Shown here one piece after another: positions 1-13,225 of a DNA stretch of 64,000 nt. The notes below the pieces were generated by a model, which worked only from the letters and a program-made list of their open reading frames with translations, ran no database searches and was not told where the DNA came from. Position 1 is the first letter of the stretch; each line of letters begins with the position of its first letter. The position numbers were made by a program, and so were the translations under genes. Origin of the DNA: Dicyema japonicum (taxonomy: Eukaryota; Animalia; Dicyemida); NCBI GenBank assembly GCA_011109175.1, contig RDEW01000022.1:814624-878623 (forward strand). The letters run 5' to 3'.

Positions 1-182
1 ATTTTAAAAATAAATTCTCTTAAAAAAATTAATTAAATTATTAAACCTAAAAATTAATGAAAATTTTATGAAAACGAGTACTTATTTTTAAAGTTATTAA
101 TTTATTGTTGATTAAAATAATAATAATAAATAATCAAAATCAATAATTTTTTGAAATTATTGACGACGTGAGGATTAACTAA

Positions 183-1414
183 ATGGAGATTAACGAAAAG
201 AACGTAGTTAATCTAATAAATAAATCATTGGAAAATCCTTTAATAAGTCGTTATTTTTCAGGTAAGTCTTGTGGATTCATTAGGCACTCATAAATTGCTT
301 GAATAAGTACAATCTAAAAGTAGACCTCGTAGGCACAGAAATCGACAAAAAAGTCAATACCTTGGACCCCAACAAAATCCTAAAAGCCCTCTTTGTCTGG
401 CATAGTATCATCATCAACTGCAGAAACAAAGTATTCCCCCTTTTATATTTGAGGATTTTCTAAACCGCTTCTATGCAAATAGAACTGCCAAGATTCGGCA
501 ACTCAGGTCCTCCTGTGAACTCATAGCCAATTCTTCTATCTGTGAGAACAGTGATGACCTTATTCTGCACTATTTGAAGTTTCTGGAACTCAGATCAAGC
601 CACGTTTATGAGGAAGTTGTTAACAATTTTATGACTATTCAGGTTCCCCCCATTTCATTAATTCAGGGGAAACTTGAAAAGATTACCACGATTGGAGAGA
701 TAATGACGTGTTTACTGGAATTGGTTGTTTTTCTGGTTAATCCAGATCAAATACTCGAATAGAGACTCATCACTCGCGACCATTGCACTCAAGGAACTGA
801 ACCAAGTTACCCACGTGTATTCCAGGGAGATTAAGCTCCTGCATAGTTGTGGTACGAACTAAGGTGTAGAAAATCTCGAGTCTGTCCCCAATTTGTCCCT
901 TAGACCAATTTTTTCGGCTATCCTCACATATGAAGAGCATGTGGTATCACTAAACCACCTCAGGGGTAGAAACACGCGGGTAGAATGTAGGCTGGAGTCC
1001 TGTTTCGCTGTATTTAGGGGGTAGTCAATCCTAGAACAAGGATGAGGTCAAGAGGACGGCTCAATTGGTCACCAAGAATGAGACTTTGCTGTTTGTTTGT
1101 GAATTTAGTAATTTAGACGCAACAGTTCTCTCCTTTTTAATCTGAGGACTTCGAATGGGCAAGTTCTGGTTGACCATCAACTTGGTTTGCTACGAAAGAT
1201 GGTATTTTTGTAGTTATTTTGTCAGACTCGAGGTTTTTCCAATACCGGTTGTGGTGTGTAATGACTCGTAGGTCCAACCTTATTCAGTTTGTCATTCTCA
1301 GAGCGATCTGTTGAATGTGGAGACCTTGATACTCTGTTTGGTTGTGGTTGGCAAATATTTGTAGGGACTATTAATGATGGGAGAAGAAATGATGATTTAA
1401 TCTATTTTGATTGA
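183..1414 (+). CDS. Multi-exon protein-coding gene, possibly an ANTH/ENTH-like (HIP1/PICALM-type) N-terminal domain protein
   Basis: ATG at 183 after an AT tract. The frame is kept by removing short GT-AG introns (e.g. 431-453, 23 nt; 643-666, 24 nt). Translation ...KILKALFVWHSIIINC...DDLILHYLKFLELRSSH... weakly resembles ANTH helices. Inferred TGA at 1412-1414. The family call is weak. Confidence 0.5.
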
Positions 1415-1789
1415 CTTATTAAAATAATATTGACATTAACTAGCTTTCTGTTCTTACCAACTTGTACGAGACCAGCAGTTATTAATAAACATGCTAATAC
1501 GAGGTAATTGTCTATGTGGCGACAATTGGATGTTAGTTTTACTCGAACAGCTAAGAATCACAAATATTCGTCTATCAATTGGTTCTAACATCAGGGAAGT
1601 AGCACTGGGTGATGGAGACTACTGAGCGAGCACAAAACTTGATTGGCTCCTTTTAATACTCACAGGGGATTCCGAACATAACCTCGGGTCTTATAAAAAC
1701 GGTATATTCCTGAACATAAACAAATCCACTGAATTATTGATTTTCAATGGCATTTTGAGTCAACACAGCGAGTGGAATAAACTGCATTT

Positions 1790-3300
1790 GCTAAGTCAGC
1801 ATATTTCTCGACAATATTTAGAATTTCATAGCGGCCGAGCAGGCTCTATAGTTACTCTTTAGTAGGTTGCTAGGAGCGGATGTGTCAATGCAAGTGACGC
1901 ACCGAATCAGAGGTATCACGGCTTTAAATGAGAAGAGCATAGAAAAGTGTCCGGCAGTTAGTCTGAAAACTTCGTTCAGGGCCTTGTGTCTGTGAGATTT
2001 GCTCACACTCTTCTTACAGGCGAGTGGATGCAAGACAAAGGATTCAATTTTCTCGACATCGGCATGGATGCGGCAGATAGATTTTCAATCTGGATCTTAA
2101 TGAGATCCCAAAATGAACGAATTCATTATCCAGAAAGGTACTTAAAACTCCACTTGAAATGGCGTTGAGCCAAGTTCTACATTCGGAAGATGCTCCCGAC
2201 AACAAAAGAGCTCAGCGGTGTTGGTTAGATGACTCCAGTAAATCCTTTGTAGAGCTTTCCCAATCGCACATTGATTGGTCCGATATAATGCTTCTCAGAA
2301 GAAATGCTTATTGTAAGTGAAATTTTTAAAGATGTCATAACGTCTGAAAACTTGTTTCAAAGTGGAATCAACACCTTCGAATCACGGGTAATAATATCTT
2401 GGGGTCATCCATGAACTCACTTTCGAATTACGAAAGACAATATCTAGGGACGGGTGGCTAAGTTTGGTGACTCGATTGCAGAGGTCCGTGAAGGTCTCCT
2501 TGTTACGCTCCAGAAGAAAAAGGGATTAAGTAGTCTCCGAAGAGTAAGAATGATAGTAGACTACTGGTTCACCATTTGGAAGATATTTGGGGATCTTTCC
2601 ATACACGCTTCCGTAGAATGTTGAATACGTTCTTTATGTCCAAATTGAAAAGTCCTTGGGAATCTGCCGCGGTTTTGGAATATTAGACTTCTCATCCGAG
2701 ACGTAATCCGACTCCTACTTGAAGAAAGCTTAAGAATTGTTTTACAAGAAGAATAAAATATCGGGGGGCAATCTTGGCAGCCTCCAGAAAACAAAGTCGA
2801 CCTCAATTGAACTCACTTCAAATCTCCTTTTATCGAAGGCAATCAGGTTGGCAAAAACAGTGGCTGAACATTTCAGGATGTTTTCCAGACAAATCTGGTT
2901 CATAAGTAAGGTAATTGATTCTATAAGGTTAAGTTCTGAATCTCCAAAGGACAAAAAAGTCAGGTCTTTTAAATCACCAAATCTCATTCCGTCAAGGACT
3001 CAGAGTTAGTTTGTGAAATATCCAATAAGCAATAGAAAAAATCGTTGGCAAGTATCTAGTCCCCCAATCTTGTTAATTGACAACTCATTGAAAGCGGCAG
3101 TCATATCAGGCAGTTCCTTGAACAAAATCCTTCTCAAATACGTTAAAATCTGCTCAAAATATGAGATGGTGCCATGCCAAACGAAAGGCTAATGCAGAAT
3201 CCCCATCCGTCTTGTCCATCCCCTTGTCGGTTAGTGATCACATAGTTAAGACTCTCTTTCCCTCCCTTTAACTCGGTGATCCTGGGGCGATAAATAAGAC
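1790..3300 (-). mobile_element. Degenerate CRE-clade non-LTR retrotransposon (RT plus restriction-like endonuclease)
   Basis: Frameshifted fragments EACMERSPNIFQMVN, HPLACKKS..RHKALNEVF and VTCIDTSAPSN..ACSAA match the CRE copies at 24.3-25.9 kb and 16.7-17.9 kb. Confidence 0.75.
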
Positions 3301-3436
3301 TGCACTACAATAGTTTTTGCTATACATGATGACCACTTAAGGGTAAATACGGCAACACTACTAAGCACAGCCACGTGGATGGAATTCTCCAAAAAGATAC
3401 AGCCACACGGAAGAAGTGATCAAATCACCATTAAAA

Positions 3437-4024
3437 TTATATAATTAAATAACTTTCGGCGGTTAAAAATAAAATAATCATAACAGTTATGAGCAAACAG
3501 CCACCACCCAATGAGGCACCACCAGAACAACCAACAACGTTGTAGTACTTACTTTTCACGCGGTATTTATTTCCATAGACTCCGTAGATTTTGTGTTCCA
3601 GACGAGCAGGTCTAGCCCATGTGTTAGATTTATTGTATGAATAACTCTGATAATATTCTCCAGGCCTTGTCCACGTGTTCGGTCTACAGTATGGAGAATA
3701 TTCTCTGCGACGGACAAATTTTGAGGTTCCGTTACTCCTTCGATAAGGAGGGTGAACTGCTGAAAGATGTGAGTCGTACTCGTGCCTGGTCTCCTCGTAT
3801 ATGAGTGTGTCGTAGGCAGCTTTCAATTTAATGAATTTACCAGAGTCCGTTGAGAGCCCTGATTGAATATCTGGATGATAGAGCTTGCTCTTCCTTATGT
3901 AGGCCATTCTTATTTCCTCCTTTTTGGCGGATCTTTCCACCCCCAACACTTTATAATGACAACAAAATGTTCTTTCGATTGTTATTGAAAGTTGAATTAA
4001 ATTTTCAAAAATCATCAAACACAT
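3437..4024 (-). CDS. DnaJ/J-domain co-chaperone with C-terminal hydrophobic segment (type III J protein)
   Basis: Uninterrupted 195-aa ORF: HYKVLGV..A..EEIR.AY....K.YHPD...KF..L..AY..L (J-domain with HPD motif), and a hydrophobic tail. Confidence 0.9.
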   Translation of the reverse strand: MCLMIFENLIQLSITIERTFCCHYKVLGVERSAKKEEIRMAYIRKSKLYHPDIQSGLSTDSGKFIKLKAAYDTLIYEETRHEYDSHLSAVHPPYRRSNGTSKFVRRREYSPYCRPNTWTRPGEYYQSYSYNKSNTWARPARLEHKIYGVYGNKYRVKSKYYNVVGCSGGASLGGGCLLITVMIILFLTAESYLII

Positions 4025-4129
4025 AAACTTTTAATTTAAATTAAATATATAATTTTTTTAATTAAATATTAATTCATAATTCATATTTTAATAAGCCGCA
4101 TGGCGCCATGTTGTGCTTCGTGGCTAATT

Positions 4130-4420
4130 GGTTGAAGTTCTGTATGATCGTCTGTTCCTCCTCTCTCTTCCTATTAGAGTGCCGTCATGTGTACCACCTG
4201 TCTAGGTGACGCCCAGTGCCAGGCCGGCACGAAAAAGGATCATTTGCTCTCCCCCAATCCACTGGAGGGGTTTCCATAACTGCATGTAATGGACGTCCTA
4301 CCTTTTATGCTGATTCCGGATGGACTCTGTTTCTGTAGAAGTGGAAACTGGATACACTTAATTAGTTGTTTACTTTAACTTCTCTCTCAGTGTATCCGGG
4401 GTTAATAAATAATTAAATAT
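4130..4420 (+). mobile_element. 5'-truncated LINE 3' end (ORF2 ends VETGYT*)
   Basis: GGA TAC ACT TAA at 4350-4361, then TTAGTTGTT...GGGGTT and an A/T tail, matching the LINE 3' signature seen elsewhere in the window. Confidence 0.5.
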
Positions 4421-4689
4421 AAAAGTCCGTTTCTCTAGATCAGCGGTGAAACCACCTTAACCTTTAAACATCATCTCAGTAGTATGGAAGGCAGGAAACC
4501 ATTTAGTCTTGAACTCTATCTACAAGCATTTCGTCGAAGCATGCATATATGTGTGCTTCCTGGGGTTCGTTTATCTCTTGACAAATTCCATGAAAATCGA
4601 AGCTAGCCAAAAAGGGCTTCTAAGATTACTTTGAGGAGTGTCTGAGATTCTTGTGGATTTTATGATCCTTTAATAGGATTTTACTTTCT

Positions 4690-4890
4690 TGCAACGAGTG
4701 CCGGGAAAGAGTCCTGATGGATCCTAGTTAGAATCCAGCTGCTGTACATTTCGGTTGAAGGTTCCACGAATATGCGATGCTTTGGCTTGACGGGTGACGC
4801 CTTCATCAGTGAATATTTCACTGGGGATCGTCTATAAAGGACATACATGCAATAAAAAGAAGTGAAGAGTTCTTGGATCTTAAGTTGAGT
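4690..4890 (+). mobile_element. tRNA-headed SINE-like repeat, copy 1
   Basis: Shares GAAGGTTCCACG, TTGACG(A/G)GTGACGCC (4787-4801) and AAAAAGAAGTGAAGAG blocks with copies at 7.0, 34.3 and 46.1 kb. Confidence 0.55.
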
Positions 4891-4894
4891 TATT

Positions 4895-5400
4895 ATAAAG
4901 TAAAAACTGCAAATTAAGTGATGGAAACCGACTTCTATCCAAACAGTCTCCCAAAAAATCAGTAGACACAGGGTCATCTCTGAAGATAAGCATCAGATAC
5001 TTTAGTGCGAGTTTTGAATTCTCGAATAAGATTTCCGATAGTTCCGCCAACCTTGCACGTTTTTCCTTCCAACCAAAGGGAATTGGCATACGAGGATTTA
5101 TCTCGTAAGCAAGCTTTAGAGCGAAATTACGTTTTCTCAAATTTNCACAGGGTCATCTCTGAAGATAAGCAAGCATCAGATACTTTAGTGCGTTTTTGAA
5201 TTCTCGAATAAGATTTCCGATAGTTCTGCCAACCTTGCACGTTTTTCCTTCCAACCAAAGGGAATTGGCATACGAAGATTTATCTCGTAAGCAAGCTTTA
5301 GAGCGAAATTACGTTTTCTCAAATTTTTTGAGGAGCGTTCATAGCTTTTTTCTATCGTATTTTAGTATATCCCATAAAATTACCCCCCTCGTCAATTAGG
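4895..5400 (-). mobile_element. Possible pogo/Tigger-like transposase fragment (partly duplicated around N at 5146)
   Basis: KLAYEINPRMPIPFGWKEKRA resembles the CENP-B-type HTH region of pogo transposases. Similarity is weak. Confidence 0.3.
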
Positions 5401-5879
5401 AGGCCAAGATATTTTATAGTATTCTTCCGTTTTCTTGTAGCGTGTTTTTAAGTTAGCCAGCGTACACTTTCAGTTATCCTCACCAGACCATACTTCTCAT
5501 ATGCAACTGAAAGTTTTCATTACATTACTCTTCGATATGGTACATGTACGTATTCAATCGTTTTCAGATACCAAAGGGTTTAAAGAGACATCATAAAATA
5601 TGACGTCGGTAAGCCACCCTTCTGAAGATCGCAGAAAAATAGGGAAAGTCAAACGGTTCTCTTACATGCAGAACATGCACTGAGCGCCACTACAACACCA
5701 GGTGAACCTCATGACGGCACGCTACATGTGGACAATTGTCTCCTTGACCTTACTATGATTAATTGCACAGTAGAGGAGACGGCCAAGATTCTGTCCGCTA
5801 TCATTCTGAAAGTTGATAAACTATTTATACCTGTCGCCTCTTACAAGAAGTTCAATTCAAGATTATTATCACAAATTGN

Positions 5880-5945
5880 TTAATTAGTTAGATTTGACCT
5901 ATCTTTCCTGGTGGGCTTGGGGTTAAATAAATAAAATTAAAAAAA
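5880..5945 (+). mobile_element. LINE 3' tail remnant
   Basis: TAATTAGTTAG.TTTGACCTATCTTTCCTGGTGG.CTTGGGGTTAAATAAATAAAA is near-identical to the reverse complement of 49130-49185. Confidence 0.7.
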
Positions 5946-6500
5946 TATGACGTCATAAGCGTATATTTTGTATGTGGCTTTTCTGGGGATGGCAGTTCAC
6001 TCATTACAATGTTGAAAAATAAAGGACTGAGCACTGAACCATGAGTGACATAGTATTAAAAATAACAATTGACTGTCTGTCCGAGAACAAACTTCGTATC
6101 CAAAATGAAGTTCCTTTTCAACATCTACTTTCTCAAGACATATAAAAAGTCATAGATACCACACAGTGTCGAAAGCTTTGGCTATATCAAAGCAGNCTTT
6201 CCTGGTGGGCTTGGGGTTAAATAAATAAAATTAAAAAAATATGACGTCATAAGCGTATATTCTGTATGTGGCTTTTCTGGGGATGGCAGTTCACTCATTA
6301 CAATGTTGAAAAATAGAGGACTGAGCACTGAACCATGAGTGACATAGTATTAAAAGTAACAATTGACTGTCTGTCCGAGAACAAACTTCGTATCCAAAAT
6401 GAAGTTCCTTTTCAACATCAAATTTCTCAAGACATATAAGAAGTCATAGATACCACACAGTGTCGAAAGCTTTGGCTATATCAAAGCAGACCGTGGTCAA
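5946..6500 (-). mobile_element. LINE reverse transcriptase fragment (duplicated around N at 6196)
   Basis: Minus-strand translation DIAKAFDTVW...HGSVLSPLFFNIVMSELP (RT motifs). Confidence 0.7.
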
Positions 6501-6899
6501 GCATCCTTTAGTTTACAAAGCCTTCATAATCTACGCGTAACACAAACAATCTCCCCAAGAGTGATTTTTGCGAAAACCCCACTGAAAGTTTTTTTAATAT
6601 ATCACTATTTTCTATGTGTTCAGTGTCTGCTAAACACAATTTTTTTTATAATTTTTGAGATTGTTGGTATAAGGATTATGGGAGACATCCCAAATATTCA
6701 TAGAGTGCTTCCTTGACCAAACGCATAGCCGTCATGTCCTTTCGATGAGCATTGTCCGCATTTTCAACTTTAGTGACGTAGAGGTAAAGAACTAATTACT
6801 TTTTCCAGCTTTTTTTAGAGAACAAATGGTAGACAGACAGTCAACAGCGGATAGTAACTTGAACGAAAAGAGCCATTAACCTTTCCCCACCACTTGGGG

Positions 6900-7190
6900 G
6901 TTCCCGTAAAAAACAATGGCGTAATTCGCACATTCCGAAAAGCCATATCAGTTATCGCTCCCCACAGGCAGAAAGCACACCTTATTTTAAGCAAAAAACA
7001 GTTATAATAGCTAATCAAGGAATGCTCTTCACTTTTTTGTTTTCTTTTTCTTGGCTGTATGTCCTATATAGTCGATACGGCGTCACTCGTCAAGCCAAAG
7101 CATATTGATGCGTGAAACCTTCAACCGAAATGTTTAGTATCGTGATTCGAACTAGCGTCCCACTGCTCCACCAAATGGTGTAATTTGCCT
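6900..7190 (-). mobile_element. tRNA-headed SINE-like repeat, copy 2
   Basis: Reverse complement has B-box-like AGTTCGAATC, core TTGACGAGTGACGCCG (7078-7093), AAAAAAGTGAAGAGCATTCC and GATTAGCTATTATAACTG. Confidence 0.6.
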
Positions 7191-7265
7191 TCATAATTAA
7201 AAAAGACTGATTTTAATAATAATTATTAGTTGTGTTAGTTAACCTTAATAATTTATAGATAAATG

Positions 7266-7787
7266 TCAGATTCTGGTGGATAATTTCTTTGTATCGAGTC
7301 CCTTTCCCACTGAGTGTGCCTAATCTTTCATTATGTCTCTCACTTTTCGTCCTATGGTTTCCATAGAGGTCAATACGCTAATAATTCCTTGTTTTTCGAA
7401 AAGGTCAACAGCCTGGAATCGTTCCTGATTGGCCAAACTGATTGGGGACTTAGATAACTCCAGAAATGCCGTATTATAGTTCTCACCAGCCCCAAATATC
7501 GTTTTTCCGTTTTTGACTGGCAAACTCTTTCCAGTTATTTTTTCAGCAATTCTTGGTTCATAATGTGAGGACCAACTTTACTAAAACCGTTCCATCTTTG
7601 AAGACTGAGGTGAAATTATCCATGTCTCCATTCGTCGAGAAAGTCCCATCTACGAGGTTTTTTGCCCACTCAAGGACCAATTGAGCTATTCCCGCGTCAT
7701 ACTTCCCCAATTCCTACAAGTCATATAGATTCTCACCTTTTCGTACGATTCACGAGTCAAACCATGTTTTTCACTCCTATTCGCCAT
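7266..7787 (-). CDS. Myophilin / muscle protein 20 / transgelin-family calponin-homology protein
   Basis: Spliced translation MANRSEKHGLTRESYEK/ELGKYDAGIAQLVLEWAKNL...GDMDNFTSVFKDGTVLVK/IAEK...QERFQAVDLFEKQGIISVLTSMETIGRK/AHSVG...*. Introns of 23 nt (7714-7736), 25 nt and 24 nt. Confidence 0.9.
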
Positions 7788-7869
7788 TTGGTACCAATGT
7801 TACGTATTATTCTGTTTAAATATATTTTATGCACATTCATTAATTCCAATTTGACTATTCCACAATCTT

Positions 7870-8790
7870 CAATCAGTTATTATAATAGCCCTTTCAGTAT
7901 ATCTCCCAAGGCATTTTGTTATGTTATTCAATTAAGTCGTGTCCGACCCCTGGAGATCTCATGAACAAGTTTCCTCTACTCTCCCGATCCGTCGCAGTTT
8001 GGAGTAGCCTTTATATAGCATTCCCAAGACATTATAGTAACTAATCGTTGATAGAAGGGAATATTCTTTAACCTCTTTTTGTTGTGTGAGGCCTTGTTGA
8101 CGGTTAATGAGGTATTCACGGGGTCACTAGTCAATCCCAGTTTGTTATTTACATGGTTATTCCTTCTCTGGATTGCAAGGTAATACGCTCGAATAGTCTG
8201 CAGTATTTCGATAATGTTCTTTGAGTTGGCTGAAATAGATTTTGGGGGAATGTAGAATGAATTTCTGATGGCTCCAAAGGTTTCAAATAAAACTGAGAAG
8301 GTATTGAAACTCCCACACTTTTCTACTTTCTCAACGAGTGAACAGGCAGTTAGGGTTGAAGAAAGTTGTTCGAGAGAAAATGCACGTGACAAAACTGTCT
8401 TCCTGTAAGGTTTTATGCCCGAGAGCCCTGCCGGCACTTCTCCCGATGCTACCCGACCTATTTTCTACACAAACATACAGGGAAGAACACGTGGAGAATG
8501 TGAGAGTAACATTAAATACTGGAACACAATCACTCATAAATGTTATTCAAGTTTTTCCAATGCTAACCATCTTCATTAAAATCATCGTCGGAATCACTTA
8601 ACTAAGATTTGAACAAGAATTTTTTTGTATATTCGGCGATTCATGTTTCCTCCCCACACGTTAAAAGAAAAGAAGACGTTTCCATAATAAGGGATATACA
8701 GTTTCTAGGAGTAGATATAAAACTCGCCGTCTCCCTACTCTTCATTATCTTCAGAACGAGGGGCGAAGGGTCACATAAATCAAGAGGTGA
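7870..8790 (-). CDS. Uncharacterised multi-exon gene
   Basis: 153-aa open exon at 7976-8437, an upstream ATG near 8790, and plausible short GT-AG introns. No recognisable domain; boundaries approximate. Confidence 0.4.
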
Positions 8791-8869
8791 TAAAGACATT
8801 TCACAAATAGAGCTACGACGCCAACTCAGGGAGTTTTTTTCTTAGCTGAAATGAAAAAAATCCAAGAAA

Positions 8870-9100
8870 AACAGTGAAACTACACTAACTAATCATGTGA
8901 TCCCAACTCGTTTGAGTAAAGTCCTCATTTTGGTCCATTGTTCATCCCTCGAACCCACAAAAACCCTTACTGGATGAAGAATCGAATTAACATCATGTTG
9001 ACGACAGATACCACGGTTTTCACGAATCAAGGACTTATTAAGTGGCAATTCTTTTCAAAAGTCCACCACTCCGTCACTCTGAGCTAAATATGTGGATATC
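8870..9100 (-). mobile_element. LINE 3' end (ORF2 ends KRVGIT*)
   Basis: Reverse complement GGG ATC ACA TGA TTAGTTAG at 8893-8904. Confidence 0.6.
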
Positions 9101-9149
9101 CCATGCAAGAATCCCTTTATTTATTATAAGCAAAGACATAATCATATTA

Positions 9150-9600
9150 TCTATAATTCCATTCTTGCCGCGTTTGTATGATCCTCGATACTAGTCTCTC
9201 CCACTGTCTCCTATTTGATGCCAAACTCACCTTTCCTTAATGATCTGTTTACTGATCTCAAATCACCATTAAGGACTTCGGGAAGCGTTATACGCGGACG
9301 ACCTCTGAACTTTCCCCCAGATGTTTAAAAGAATTATTCCATGATGATGTTTGTTGGCGTATCTGGCTAGAATTAGAATTTGATCAAACAGTTTCCATTG
9401 CATCTTCATGACCAGGGTTCTCAGGGGTACAGAAGAGCATCTTTTGTAGAATGCTTTACTCCTCACACGCATTGGCCACTTTAGTCCCAAGAGAGAACGG
9501 AGTTGCTTTCTATGAGAGGAGTCGAGTCTTTCAAGATTAACCATATTCAAAGGTATACGTAAGGATCGATTTCACGCCACATACAACCTGAGCCAGAGTG
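9150..9600 (-). mobile_element. RTE-clade LINE C-terminal fragment
   Basis: ERLDSSHRKQLRSLLGLKWPMRV is typical of RTE ORF2 and matches 13226-13486. Confidence 0.75.
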
Positions 9601-9715
9601 ACGGGCAGGTTGAAGTGGTGACGTCCCTCTCTTGCATTTATGTCGAATACGTGTTTAAATGATTCTTATTGGTTTTCTACTCTCATCTTCAACACCAGGA
9701 GCCTTAATTATTATT

Positions 9716-11390
9716 ATTTTTATTTAACAACCCCGAAAAGGGAACACCGAAAAAGAAGGAGTAAACCAACTAATTAAGTGATCCCGGTACGCCTCAACAG
9801 AATCGAGAGGTTTTTCCTATGTTCCTCCAGAGAACTCACAGCTTTCCTGAATAGACGACGATCATCCTTCATTAGAGTTGAACACCGAAAAAGAAGGAGT
9901 AAACCAACTAATTAAGTGATCCCGGTACGCCTCAACAGAATCGAGAGGTTTTTCCTATGTTCCTCCAGAGAACTCACAGCTTTCCTGAATAGACGACGAT
10001 CATCCTTCATTAGAGTTTAAAAGAGGGGTGGGTTTTTTTTCCAAATTTCGTGTATTTGAGGCCTATAGCCTTTAATGGAAGAAACTACTTGTTTCTTGAC
10101 CACACAGACCGATGAAGCCTGAGCCATTATTTTTGAAGCGGCGTGGTCAAGCATTGGGGGAAAGATCGGGGGTAGATTCGTTAGACGTGCCAGTTTGCCA
10201 ATTAGGGAATTGATCTTGGTTGAATTTGATATCGAAGCTCCATAGTAGGCCCATGAGGCACAAGCATACTCTATCGTCGGTTTTATGAGTTGATTGAACA
10301 AGACGACAGCGCATTCCTATGACGGCCTGGACTTCAAGAGCGGTTTGATTATATTTAGTTTCCTGAGACCCTTTGTCATAACGTTCTTCACATGTTGAGA
10401 AAATGTCATCAAAGAGTCAAATGTCACTCCCAGGATAGTTGGACGAATCTGTAATGGTAAGGAGTCTCCATAAATGTTCAAATCCAATGTATGTTTTTCT
10501 TTTCTGTCCTTGGTGAAGATTGTATACGTTGATTTATCCCTGGATATGGAGAGACGATTCAACTTCAACCAGGCTCCCAGGTCGTCAATATGTGACTGAA
10601 GCTCTGATTTTGCTGTACCCACGTATTTGTTCCTGCTAGCGATGATTAGGTCGTCAGTATAAGTGAGAAGCATTGAATCTGGTCCTCCAGGGCAGGGTAA
10701 ATCGTTGAGGAATAAGTTGAATAACGCCGGAGAGAGGGGCGATCCTTGAGGGACGCCATTTGGTAGGAGACGGGACCTCGATCTTGCGTGGCCTATACAG
10801 ACACGTCCTCTTCTTCCGGAGAGAAAATTGGCTATCCATCTTTTCAAATCCGGCTGAATGGTGGTGTCAAAAACCTTTTTCGTGAGTAATGTTCTCGAGA
10901 CAGAATCAAACGCCTTATGGATATCCAGGGAAACCACTATTGTCCGTAGATGGCGTTTCAGTACGTTGAACCCTTTTGATATAAATCGAGACAGTGAAGT
11001 CAAATGTGTCGTAGTTGAACGCTCACATTTGAAACCATGTTGAAAGTGGCAGTCAGGCAAAAAGCGATAATGCGCACGTTAATGAAATTGGGAGATAGGA
11101 AGAAGGTAAGGTTTTCGGTTTTCCTGGTTTTAGGATTGGTATTATAAGTGAGTTCTTCCATTTGCATGAAATGATGTTCATGTTAGAAGACAAATTAAAA
11201 TTTGACGTAATCGAATTGATTGCAATTTTAGCAAAATTCCAGGAATGCCGTCAAAACCACACGTATAAGATTTCTTCATCGATCTTATAGCCTGTGTGAC
11301 CTCGGCATGCGTAAAAAAATTTAATGGTTCTTTTTGGTGTATTACTACACTGAGCGTCACCACAAAAGATGAACCACATGACGCCACGTT
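9716..11390 (-). mobile_element. I/Jockey-like LINE: RT and 3' end
   Basis: ORF 10317-11060 has LDIHKAFDSV, GVPQGSPLSPALFNLF, YTDD and LGVTFD. It ends ...RRTGIT* plus the conserved tail. The terminal 138 bp are duplicated. Confidence 0.9.
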
Positions 11391-11599
11391 CTACGTTCCA
11401 TTTAAATTAAAAAACCAAAAATCACCGACAAATTAAATAACTACATAGCCGTCAGGAGATTCCCTTTTTTGGAGNTCGGCATGCGTAAAAAAATTGAATG
11501 GTTTTTTTTTGGTGTATTACTACACTGAGCGCCACCACAAAAGGTGAACCACATGACGCCACGTTCTACGTTCCATTTAAATTAAAAAACTAAAAATCA

Positions 11600-13225
11600 C
11601 CGACAAATTAAATAACTACATAGCCGTCAGGAGATTCCCTTTTTTGGAGGGTAGTAAGGCTCCAGTTTTCCTCAATAATTTCCACAAAAGGTGTAGGGAT
11701 TAGAGGTTTCCAAGAAAACCTTTTCAAAGCCTTACTGGCCATTTTTTGGAAGGTATTGATTTTTCTATATTCCCGTTTGATAGGTTGGTTCCCCATCCAG
11801 CACACCCGTAAGTTAGAGACGGTTGAATTTACTGAACGTAGAGCGAGTCCAAATTTGAGTTGAAACACCCATTATATTGTCCATGGAGTGTTTTAACTAA
11901 ATTTAGCTTTCGTTGTGCCGAAGAGATGACGTTGTCGATGTGTTTGCTGAAGGTCAAGAGTGGGTCGTAAGTTACGCCCAGTATTTTGACCGAGTTGGTC
12001 GTGGGGATTGAGTTTCAATTTATGGTTACACATGGAGCGGAGTTTGTCAATCTTCTGTTTGTTGTGAAAATTGTTGTATAAGACTTTTCGGGACTCCTAT
12101 GTGGAATGTTCCTAACGAGCCAACAGTTCAGATCGTCCAATGAAGCTTGTATCCGGTAAAGAGCAGTATTAACGCACTGGCTTTTGACTGCGACGATTAT
12201 ATCATCCGCATATGTCAGAATCAGAGTATCGTCACTGGTAAGGGAGGACATATCATTTAAGAATAGGTTGAACAGGTGTGGTGACAGTGGAGATCCTTGA
12301 GGGACCCCATTTGAAAGGAACTTGGTCACTGATCTATTTTTTCTAGCAGTTACTTTTCCTCTTCTTCCATTTAGGAAATTTGCGATCCAGATTTTCAGGT
12401 TGTTTGGATTTTTGACGTAAAGATCTTCCTTATCGAAAGCTTTCTTGGGACAGTGTCGAAAGCTTTTTCTATATCGATGGACATAACAAAGACTTCTGAT
12501 GAAGTTTGCGCTTTAGTCCATCATTGATGGAATTTGTAAGGCATGTAAGATGCGTTTCTGTGGAGTGTCCTTCTCTGAATCCGTGTTGAAAAGGTGGATC
12601 AGGAAGGTATGGTTTGATTAGTTCAAGAATCAGCTTTTCCAAAAGTTTTGATGTAACACATAGGGGAGATATTGGTCTGTATGAGGACTGATGATCCCAT
12701 TGGTCGCCCGGGTTTCAGAATAGGTCGTATGTTTGATAGCTTCCATATGGAAAGAATACAATTTTCGTTGATTGAAAAGTTAAAAATTTTTGTGAGGGCC
12801 ATGATAGCATAGGGGCCTAGGTTTTTCAGAACTATTGCAGAGATTCCGTCCGGACCACAGGAATAAGTCGACTTTAGACCCTTGACCATATTCTGTANGG
12901 GCCATGATAGCATAGGGGCCTAGGTTTTTCAGAACTATTGCAGAGATTCCGTCCGGATCATATGAATAAGTCGACTTTAGACCTTTGACCATATTCTGTA
13001 CGTTCTCCACAAAGAGAACAATTGGGGATGTGGCTCTTTTATGTTTGAGAGCTAGGATGGATGGACCTTCGAATTTCTTGTGTGGGATGAAACTCGTGGA
13101 GGAGTAGTACTTCATAAGTTTGTTTAGGAAGATCTTGTTTTCCATTTCATCACGTGTGGCCGGGTTGTCAGCGTCACTAAAGCTTCTAAGTGTTTTCCAC
13201 ATTTTTGTAAGGGAGTTCTGCTTGC
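11600..13225 (-). mobile_element. I/Jockey-like LINE ORF2 (degenerate)
   Basis: GPDGISAIVLKNL, WKLSNIRPILKPG and GVPQGSPLSPHLFNLF..YADD. Confidence 0.85.

Noticed and set aside
9742-10017. Exact 138-bp duplication of a LINE 3' end (similar 105-bp case at 63234-63443)
   Set aside because: Same size class and perfect identity as the other artefactual duplications, and the sister copy at 43.9 kb lacks it. Needs long reads to be believed.
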